Positions 13,559 through 23,652 of a stretch of 64,000 bases of DNA are shown piece by piece (position 1 is the first letter of the stretch; each line of letters begins with the position of its first letter). The stretch comes from Geosiphon pyriformis uo1 (Eukaryota; Fungi; Glomeromycota): positions 62,001 to 126,000 of the forward strand of contig JAAOMT010000531.1 of NCBI GenBank assembly GCA_016748015.1, read 5' to 3'. Made by a program: the position numbers and the translations under genes. The notes under the pieces were generated by a model. The model was given only the letters and a program-made list of their open reading frames with translations, was not told the origin of the DNA and did not search any database.

Positions 13559-14548
13559 TGTTACTAGACAAAATTAGAGATATCATTTAGCATGAAACTA
13601 TCTTATAATTCCTATTATTAATTAGCATATATTATCGTTTCAAATTATCACTTATTACATTAGCAAAGAATGTCCGAAATTATCATTTAATTAATAACCC
13701 AAATTGTACACAACACAAATATAACCTAATTGCAATGATTAATCATGCAATACCCCAAACTATGTAACATTCAAAAGTTCGCCGAAATTTATAGAAATTT
13801 GCTGAAATAATTGATAGTTCATCAAAATATCTAATAAGTTCACAGAAATAACTTGTAGTTCACCGAAATGTATCTTTAGTTCAGCGAAATTGTAGAAAAT
13901 AGCAAAGTTCAAGTTCATAGAATAGTGTTACGACAAGTTGTATAAAAGAAAAGCTTCTTTCTTCGAGAAAAAATATCTTACTTTAGATTTATCTCTTAAA
14001 ACCATTCTTATACACACAAAAAGAAATAAATATCAAATAATTCGAAAAACCAAATTCTTTAAATTATTGCACTTGGAAAATCCTCAAAACCCAACTAACA
14101 TTTTGAAATTGATTAGCTACCAATTTCAGTGAACTGTTAGTGACTTCAGGCCTGGATAGAAAACGTTTCTCTTGATAAAAAAAATCTTATCTTTTTTTAC
14201 ATTTCTTTTATTTTTCTTTTCTTTTCTTATTACAATCATTAGAGTAGCCTACAGACGAGATTCCTGTAGAAGAGTTGACTTTCACAGCAAAGTAACTACA
14301 CATTTTTAGTGAGCTTCCAGACGAGCAATTCTTGGGAAAGAGTTGACGTTTACTACAATGTAACTACATAAAGCAACTGGCACGGAATTGGCCATTTCAC
14401 TCATAAGCCCAGCAAGTTCAAATTATAGGAGATAATTTAAAGTTAAAAATTCAGTTACTGAAGGTTCAACCACACCTAGAAAACGTGAATTCACAGCAAA
14501 TAAGTATCAACAACATTACAGAAAAGAGACCAAAAACCTCTGGTAACA
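13559..14548 (+). repeat. G1 5' LTR
   Basis: TGTTACT...GGTAACA. Near-identical to 22663-23652. TATAAAAG at ~13941. Confidence 0.95.
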
Positions 14549-14550
14549 TT

Positions 14551-14562
14551 TGGTGCTCTTCC
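14551..14562 (+). promoter_or_regulatory. G1 primer-binding site (tRNA identity not determined)
   Basis: TGGTGCTCTTCC begins 2 nt after the LTR end. TGG is complementary to tRNA CCA. Confidence 0.75.
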
Positions 14563-14590
14563 ACCGAAATAACACAGCAACAAATTCAAA

Positions 14591-17500
14591 GTGGCGACCA
14601 CCTCAGACATCACAACCTTAGAGTACTATCAATCGATTTACACACACTGCAAACAACAATTTGAAATACACGATGGAATCATAGCTTTCAAGAAAACACT
14701 TTATCAATACATCGAAAATCGAATCAACGATTACCTCTTTGGGAACTATAATATTACAACAGTTAAAAGAGATCTTCTTGAGAACATACTACACTATTCT
14801 AACACTGAATCAGAAAACATTAGTGCTGAAGCTTGCACTACTTATTTTGAGGAACTCGATTATAATATTATTCGATTCTGTGAAGAAAAATATCCTGCAA
14901 ATGCACAATTTGCCTTTGAACTCAAATCTGAACCTGAAACCAGTAGCAACAAAAGACAAAAAAATAACTGACCTGTTCACACAACACCCAATACTCCCAA
15001 AATATCATTCAAACATCTACAAACATCTGAACAAGGAACCAGCTCAAAACTTCCACTTACTATCACACCTTTTCCAGCTTTACTTGCATAAGCACAAACA
15101 CCTAATTCACTCTTGAATTGATTTACAAGACCAGAAGATTTTACATCACTCAGAAGTCTCACTAGACAACAAGAATCCCTTCAAACTAGTTCCAATCTCC
15201 TTGATTTTCTAGCTGAAAATCAAAGTGAACACTCTGAGACAGCAGCAAATGAAGAAAACAACTCTGAAATAACTGAAGAAGAATTAATAGACAGTGAAAA
15301 TAAAGAAGACAAAATGACAACATACATTGCAAAAATCCCTGACTTTAATGGAAAAGACATTGAGACTAGTCCTCAAGAATGGCTCGACCAAGTTACTAAA
15401 GCCGGAGATGCAAATGGATGAAACGCCACCAGAATGTTAAGAACAATTCCATACTTTCTCAAAAGAACAGTAGAAGAATGGTTTAAAAACCTGGCTGCCC
15501 CATTCAATGATTGGAATACTTTCAAAGCAGCCTTCCTTAAACAGTTCACTGACAATAATACCTCCATTACTCTTCGTAATCATTTTCGAAATATCAAACA
15601 AGAACTCTCCGAATCCATTATGACTTATATTGGGAAATTCAACAAACTTCTCAGACAGATTCGCCAACTCGAAACAAACAATTATTATTCCAATGCTCAA
15701 ATCTTGGATTAATTTATTGCTGGTTTAAAAGATAAACTAATTAAAAAGGTTCACCCATACACGCCAGAAGATTTAAACTCTGCCATACAGCATGCGAAAA
15801 GATACGAAATGGCCATGAAAGAGGCCAATTGTACAAAACTTGTAAATTTGACAATTGGAGAAACCAGCTCAGCAGCTGAGGAAAAAATTGACCAACTCAC
15901 AAAGAAGGTCGAAAACTATTTTACCAACCAACAACAACAAAGATATCAACCACCCCAAAGACGAAATCAAAATAACTTTGCACCACTTTCCAATAACCAG
16001 CCCCAGAATTGCCATTACTGTGGAATCTCTGGCCACTGGAAAAAAGATTGCAGAAAGCTACAACGAGACCAACAAAATAGGGATAATCAACGTTACTCTC
16101 TACCACAGCAATCTTATTATCAACCATCACCACCAGCTTACTATCTACCAAGACCCCAATACCAAAATAACTATTATCAGCCCACCCCACAACCAATCCA
16201 ACAGCAATACCAACAACCACCCACACAACATTATCAAGTACCTGCTCAAAGACTGATTACACAAAATCAATCCACACCACAAAACCGATACCAAGTAAAC
16301 AACAGTAGAATCAGTTCGAACAACCAATTGGTTCCCTGAAATACCACTCAACCAAGACCCAACCACTACCACACTCAACCCAGTTATTTAACAATGCCGG
16401 AAGAACAGGATTTTTACCATACTGCACTCTCGGAAGGTAGAGCTACAGCACAACAACAACAAAACCCTTCTCATAACCACACCACTATTCCACCAGCCCG
16501 AATTGCTAAAAACACCAATCTTTTTGATATCTTTCCTTTCGAATTTGAAGCAAATAAATCACCATTCTTGCTTAGCAATGCAGCAGCTAATGAGCAAAAA
16601 GTCATCACTGCAATGTACACAGAAGCTGAAGTAGAAGAAAAGCCAATTTGCTTAATCCTAGACAGTGGATCTGCCGGAAGCATTATCACCTACCAGTTAA
16701 TACAACAGTTGAAAAAAAATGTTAACTGACCAGCTCAAACAGTAATTGTTACTGCTGATGGCATAAAAAAGACCCCAGTAGGAGAAATTGACAATTTTCC
16801 GTTCACTTTTGATGGAATTACCATTCCAGTCAAAGTTCTTGTAATGGATGCACCCCAGTACTAAGCTCTCATCGGAAATGATTGGCTTCAAAAAGCCAAT
16901 GTTAATCTGAATTGGGAAACACAAGAGTTAACAATTTCCTACCAAGGACAACACACCCAGGTACTTGCCATTTGTGGTATATTCAACAAATGCTCTGAAA
17001 AAGCCCCGGCTTTTGAATTTGAACCAGAAGAAAAAAAACCAATAATCAAAACATTCATGGCTTTTGGATCAATGTCCAACTGGGCCAATAAAACAAAACA
17101 AGAACATTTTATCTCACACACTAAACCTGAAACCTCTGGATGGAATATATCTTATTCAAAACCCGAACCAAGGAAACAACGCCCCTATATTCCCCTTAAA
17201 TTTAAGGACTGCCACAAGAAACTATCATTAATGGAAGCCTGCATTTCACCTGAAGAAGAATATGAGAATCATACTTGTTATTACTGCAAGGCTTGCCACA
17301 GAGAGCGATGGGGCCATCTAATAAAAAGAAGCAGAAAATGGGACAACACCCCTTGTTTGACTTGTGGAGATATGCTACCAGAAGAATGCAATTGGATTAA
17401 TGTAGCAATGAGAGGAGGTGTCTGCGATCAGACCTGCCAATATGCTTTATCAATTTCAGAAAAAGTAAAAAGAGGAACACCCTTTAATGCAGCATACAAC

Positions 17501-20194
17501 AGTGCTCTCAACAAACTTTATCACTACCTTCATGATGCCAAGATGATTTTCGACTTAGCAATGGCATTAATTAATAGAGCTACCAAAAAAGATGTTCGTT
17601 AAATGAAGGAAGCAGAATACATTGAATACACTATGGAATTAGCTGGATTCAATTACGAAGATGAAGTAAAAGTCTACCACCAAATTGCAAGTCACACCTA
17701 CCCAACCCAAGAAGCTTAAATTCAATGATTAGAGCAAATAAACATTAGGCTATATGAAGAATGCATTATGTCTTGTGATAAACAATAGTGTCCTGAATGC
17801 TATGCTCTTAGTATCCCCTTGCCCAGTGAAAATGATGAGAATAAAATTGAATTTGGAGAACCTGAAGAAACAGAAGAAATTGAAACAACACCCATCTACC
17901 TTATCAAAAATCAGCCTGCCTTACAACTTAAATACTTTAACAACAATGGACAAGGAATAAAACCTGAAAAAGCACACAAAATTGATGCTGGATATGATCT
18001 AAGATATCCAGGCAAAGATACTCTTGTTCTTAAACCCAAATCTCTCACAAAAATCAACCTCAAAATTGCACTCGAAATCCCGCCAGGAGCAATGGTTCAA
18101 ATTGCCTCTCAGTCCTCTCTGGCAAGCAAAGGAATCAATGTCAGAGGAGGAATAATCGATGCTAGATATACTGGAGACATAACAGTGATGCTTCAAAATG
18201 AAACTAACAAACCATTCAAGATCGAACATGCTGAAAAAATTGCCTAAGCTATTTACTTACCCTTAATCAACATTTCAGGTTTGCAACTAGTCAATCAAAG
18301 AGAACAATTAGGAAAAAGTGATAAAAGAACCCAAGGTTTTGGTTCAACTGGATGATTTACAGTTCCAGTTAATATAGCTCTTAACACACAGAACGAATCT
18401 CACCAGATTCTTAGACTTCTATAACTGATTACTATCTCACCCTTTGGAGAACATCCAGAAATCTACACCTGCCCAAAGCCAACAACCACACAACAAATTT
18501 TTGAGTCCAATGAACAAGTCTGCTTGGAACATAATATTTCGATCCCAAACATTTATATTCCAGAAAAAACAAAGAAAGTCCGAGTTATTTTTTACAACCC
18601 CAATAATTACCCCATAATTTTATTAAATAATTTAGAAATTGGAGTTATTCACAGTAATATATTTCAACAAGAATTACCCCAAATAGTTCCCGATTTCTCT
18701 GAAATTATTGGACATTCAATACCAAAAACCAACCCAAACCCCAGCTCCGAAAACTACCATGTTGTTATGGAAAAACTATCTCAAATCAACATGGGACAAC
18801 TTGAACCACAACAACAGACCCAGCTCAAAGAGCTAATTGTAGAATTTGCTGACATTTTTGCCGAAAACAACAATGACTTAGGAAGAACTGATTTGGTTCA
18901 ACACCAAATCTATACAGGAGATACCAAACCAAGGCGACAACAAGCCTACTGAGTTGTCCCAGAAAGTCACCAATTTATCCGAAAAGAAGTACAACAGATG
19001 CTTAACAATGGGCTTATTCAATCATCAATGAGCTCATGGGCCTCACCTGTGGTCCTAGTTAAAAAGAAAAATGGAAAGATACAATTTTGTGTTGATTATC
19101 GACAATTCAACAGTGTTACCATTGGGGATGCCTACCCTCTTCTCTGAATTGATGACATGTTGGATGCCCTTGAAAAGTCCAAATACTTTTCAATATTAGA
19201 TTTAGAGAGTGAATACTGGCAAGTTGCTATGGATCCCAAAGACCGCCCCAAAACAGCATTCACTACTCAAGAAGGAAATTACGAGTTCAATGTAATGCCT
19301 TTTGGATTATGCAATGCACCAGCAACATTCCAAAGACTCATGGATGTTGTTTACAAAGGCCTCCTTTGGAAATCAGTAGTAGTTTATCTTGATGACACTG
19401 ATGTTTATTCACCATCTTTTGAGCTACATTTAATTCACCTGCGAGAAGTTTTTCAACGATTACGGAAAGCAGGATTGAAACTAAACATTGAAAAATGCTA
19501 CTTTGAAAAAACAAGTTTAGCTTTTCTTGATCACATTGTTAGCAAAGATGGAATTAAACCAGACCCTGGAAAAATCAGTACTGTCAAGAACTTCAAGACT
19601 CCATGAAATACCACAGAATTAAGAGGATTTATTGGATTAGCATCCTATTACTGAAAATTCATCAAAGAATTCTCAGAAATTGTAAAACCCCTCAACCAGC
19701 TCACTACTAAAAATGTTGAATACAAATGGACAGAAGAACACCAAAATGCTTTCGAGATACTTAAGGAAAAACTCACAACAGCTCCAATTCTCACCTACCC
19801 AGATTTCAGCAACCAATTCCGGTTAGCAACTGACGTCTCTTATACTGCCTTTGGTGTCATCCTATCACAGTTAGATGACAATAGAAATGAACAAGTAATT
19901 GCTTATGCTAGTAGAACATTAAAGCCAGCCGAAAAGAACTACTCCGCAACAGAATTAGAAACCGCAGTAGTAATTTGGGCCCTACATCACTTCAACCTTT
20001 ACCTCAGACCCAAAGAATTCAATATTATTACTAATAATATTGAACTTAAATGGCTTCAAAACAAAAACACCCAGCTGAATGCAAAACAAACCCGATGGAC
20101 AGGATTTTTAGCTAATTACCAATACATCGTACACCACAAACCAGGAAAACTCTACACCAACATTGATTGTCTCTCAAGAATGAGGCAAGATTAG
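14591..20194 (+). pseudogene. gag-pol: G1 gag-pol polyprotein (Gag, protease, Cys-rich domain, dUTPase, RT, RNase H) in a single frame with many nonsense codons
   Basis: All ORF fragments (14591, 15434, 15809, 16394, 17057, 17819, 18524, 19157) share one frame. Capsid PDFNG..QEWL; CHYCGISGHWKKDC; LILDSGSAGS; MPFGLCNAPATF, YLDD; RH TDVS, YASR, ELE, NIDCLSR. Confidence 0.92.
17960..18352 (+). pseudogene. dut: dUTPase domain within G1 pol
   Basis: All five trimeric dUTPase motifs: AGYDL, S(Q)SSLASKG, GIIDA(R)YTGDI, KIA*(Q), RTQGFGSTG. Confidence 0.92.
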
Positions 20195-20243
20195 AAAACA
20201 AAACCAACACCCATTTGAATTAACAGCATCAAAACAACAAACA

Positions 20244-21858
20244 ATGAACCCCAAAAACTACAACAATCTCAAACAATATTTGGAGACATTAACAATCCCA
20301 ACAGATTGGTTCCCAGATGAAAAACATCAGTTACAACAACAAGCCAAACAATATTTTCTACACAACAACATTATCTATCATCAAAATTTCAAAAACCCAA
20401 CCAAACCACTCAGATTAATACAANNNNNNNNNNNNNNNNNNNNTTGAATTAACAGCATCAAAACAACAAACAATGAACCCCAAAAACTACAACAATCTCA
20501 AACAATATTTGGAGACATTAACAATCCCAACAGATTGGTTCCCAGATGAAAAACATCAGTTACAACAACAAGCCAAACAATATTTTCTACACAACAACAT
20601 TATCTATCATCAAAATTTCAAAAACCCAACCAAACCACTCAGATTAATACAAGAACAGGAAAAAGAGACCATTTTATACAATATGCACTCAGATCTTTCA
20701 TCAGCACACTTCGGAAAAGATAGCACCACCCAAAGAACACTAGAATACTACTTTTGGTTTCAAATAAGAAAAGACATTTACGAATATGTCAAATCTTGTG
20801 ATAATTGTCAAAGAAGAGAAGGAACTCGCCCTACAGAACCTTTAAATCCAATCAAAGTTGGACAGCCTTTTGACAGAGTTGGTATCAATTTAGTTGGACC
20901 ACTATCTATCACCACTCAAGGAAACCGTTATATTGCAGTAGTTGTAGACTATTTTACTAAATGGCCTGAAGCCAGAGCCATTCAACAAGCAGATGCAAAA
21001 TCAGTAGCAAATTTCATCTACGAAGACATCATTTGTAGACATGGATGTCCAATTGAACTTTTATCCGATCAGGAAACACACTTTGTGAACAACCTGATAC
21101 AAGAAATTTGTGAACAATTTAATGTCAAAAGACCTCTGTCTTTGCCCTACCATTCACAAACAAATGGACTTGTGGAACGTTTTAACAAAACATTGTGTGA
21201 GTCATTAGCCAAAGTCTCAACTGATTTTGAGCAAGAATGAGATCTCTTTATTCCATCAGTGTTACTAGCATATAGGACATTAAAACAAGATACCATGAAA
21301 CACACACTATTTGATTTAACTTATGGAAGAACGGCAATGTTACCAATCAGTTTCATAGTGGAAACATACCCAGCACAACTGATCAATGAAAACAATTTTC
21401 AAGAAATGCTTCAGCGAAGAGCCTACACTCTGCTTAGCACATTGGAAAGAGAATGACAAATAGCAGCCACCCATATTAAACACTCCCAAGCTCAACAAAA
21501 AGAACTGCATAATGACAAATTGTCTTCAGTCACCAATAAATTCAAAATTGAAAACAAAGTTCTCTTACACAGAACTAAAGCTGAAAAACAATGAAGTGGA
21601 AAATTTGAAAATAAATGGAATGGACCATTTTTTATCCATGAAGTCCTAGGCAATGGATCATACAAGCTAAGACTTAATGACAAAATCCTAGCAAAAGTTG
21701 CACATGGAGATCGTTTGAAACACTATCATTCCAAAAACAATCCTGAACCATTAATTCCACAAATTGGTACATATTCTTCTTTGGTCAGTCCCGAAGATAT
21801 TTCCCGAAACTTAGAACCAATAGTTGTCATTGAACAACCTTCCAACCTGAACACTTAA
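20244..21858 (+). pseudogene. G1 integrase in its own ORF (first ~60 codons duplicated across the gap)
   Basis: ATG MNPKNY; H..H..CDNC zinc finger; RVGINLVGP, VDYFTKW, LSDQ, NGLVERFN; GPF motif WNGPF. No chromodomain seen. Confidence 0.9.
20424..20443. other. Assembly gap (20 N) with a 209-bp duplicated flank
   Basis: 20215-20423 is repeated identically at 20444-20652. Confidence 0.95.
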
Positions 21859-21965
21859 TTTAATTTTACTAGTTATTCTCTTATAATTTAGAAACAATCT
21901 CACAAAAACAAAACAAAAATAACATAAAAACTCATACACCAAAAATAATTTTTTTATTTTTTTAA

Positions 21966-22694
21966 TTGCTTATAATAACTATTCCTCAAAACATTCAACA
22001 ATTATCCCAAAAACTAATATTAGCTTTAAAAACAATACCCGAATTATTCATTACTGTTACTGGAAACCACATAAATTATACTCAAACAGAAGTAGTTACA
22101 AAATTAGTCCCAAATTCACGAAAATATCACCCGTATAAAAAGAACACAAGAAGTTATACTGGAATTCACCTGCCAGAACTTTTAAAGCTTGCTTTAAGAG
22201 AAAACCTAATGCTCACTCCGATTAGTATTCCACCAAATGCTACAATTCAACAAAAACTTCAACTGTGTTTCAATGAGGAAAACACTGAATATCCTCCAAT
22301 CTATAGATATTTTCACATTGGAAAAACACTCTACGAATGGAAACTGGAACTTACAACAGCAAACCTCACAAAAGAAGCTATTCAGAAACAACTCCACAAT
22401 GAATTCAAGACAACAGCTGGATCAACAAACAGTCGCTACAGGCTTAGAGCTGCTCTTAGACTTTATGATCTATTCCACACCTGTGAAAACGTACTACAAA
22501 ACCCAATTTTTCAACCTTTGAAGATTCAATACATTGGAAAGCTTACAGAACTGAAATTTCAACAATTTTCAGACCAAATTTTTTCAATAATTTTGGATTA
22601 TTATCTGAAAATAACAGACAGTACTTGGACTTTGACAGAGCTTAATCTTGAAGAGGAGGTTATGTTACCAGACAAAATTAGAGATATTATTTAG
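21966..22694 (+). CDS. G1 accessory ORF3, unknown function, open for 242 codons; true start uncertain
   Basis: Lies between integrase and 3' LTR, reads through the PPT and stops inside the LTR. RKYHPY motif. No signal peptide or TM helix visible. Confidence 0.65.
   Translation: MLIITIPQNIQQLSQKLILALKTIPELFITVTGNHINYTQTEVVTKLVPNSRKYHPYKKNTRSYTGIHLPELLKLALRENLMLTPISIPPNATIQQKLQLCFNEENTEYPPIYRYFHIGKTLYEWKLELTTANLTKEAIQKQLHNEFKTTAGSTNSRYRLRAALRLYDLFHTCENVLQNPIFQPLKIQYIGKLTELKFQQFSDQIFSIILDYYLKITDSTWTLTELNLEEEVMLPDKIRDII
22650..22659 (+). promoter_or_regulatory. G1 polypurine tract
   Basis: GAAGAGGAGG ending 3 nt before the 3' LTR TG. Confidence 0.85.
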
Positions 22695-23652
22695 CATGAA
22701 ACTATCTTATAATTCTTATCATTAATTAGCATATATTATCATTTCAAATTATCACTTATTACATTAGCAAAGAATGTCCGAAATTATCATTTAATTAATA
22801 ACCCAAATTGTACACAACACAAATATAACCTAATTGCAATGATCAATCATGCAATATCCCGAACTATGTAACATTCAAAAGTTCACCGAAATTTATAGAA
22901 ATTCGCCGAAATAATTGATAGTTCACCAAAATATCTAATAAGTTCGCAGAAATAACTTGTAGTTTGCCGAAATATATCTTTAATTTAGCAAAATTGTAGA
23001 AAATAGCAAAGTTCAAGTTCATAAAATAGTGTTATGACAAGTTGTATAAAAGAAGAGCTTCTCTCTTCGAAAAAAAATATCTTACTTTAGATTTATCTCT
23101 TAAAACCATTCTTATACACACAAAAAGAAATAAATATCAAATAATTCGAAAAACCAAATTCTTTAAATTATTGCACTTGGAAAATCCTCAAAACCCAACT
23201 AACGTTTTGAAATTGATTAGCTACCAATTTCAGTGAACTGTTAGTAACTCCAGACCTGGATAGAAAACGTTTCTCTTGATAAAAAAAATCTTATCTTTTT
23301 TTACATTTTTTTTATTTTTCTTTTTTTTTCTTATTACAATCATTAAAGTAGCCTACAGACAAGATTCCTGTAGAAGAGTTGACTTTCACAGCAAAATAAC
23401 TACACATTTTTAGTGAGCTTCCAGACAAGCAATTCCTGGGAAAGAGTTGACATTTACTACAATGTAATTACATAAAGCAACTGGCATAGAATTGGCTATT
23501 CCACTCATAAGCCCAGTAAGTTCAAATTATAGGAGATAATTTAAAGTTAAAAATTCAGTTACTGGAGATTCAACCACACCCAGAAAACGTGAATTCACAG
23601 CAAATAAGTATCAACAACATTACAGAAAAGAGACCAAAAACCTCTGGTAACA
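22663..23652 (+). repeat. G1 3' LTR
   Basis: TGTTACC...GGTAACA, 990 bp. Confidence 0.95.

Larger units (their letters stand above)
13559..23652 (+). mobile_element. Full-length Ty3/Gypsy LTR retrotransposon G1 with dUTPase and extra ORF3
   Basis: Two 990-bp LTRs (TG..CA), 4-bp TSD ccat (13555-13558, 23653-23656), PBS, PPT, domain order gag-PR-RT-RH-IN. Confidence 0.96.

Noticed and set aside
13938-14132. 64-aa ORF repeated in both G1 LTRs
   Set aside because: Starts at TTG over the TATA box and is not kept open in the solo LTR; the repetition reflects LTR identity.
14591-20194. Alternative genetic code or programmed stop read-through
   Set aside because: All three stop types occur, at copy-specific positions explained by C>T/G>A mutation.
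20215-20652. Tandem duplication of the integrase N-terminus
   Set aside because: Identical 209-bp copies flank a 20-N gap; this is a scaffolding overlap artefact.
21966-22694. env gene
   Set aside because: Position fits, but there is no signal peptide, furin site or transmembrane anchor, and it is too short.
23570-23652. Novel C-terminus on the 305-aa ORF 23570-24487
   Set aside because: It is the B2 ORF reading fortuitously into the antisense G1 LTR.
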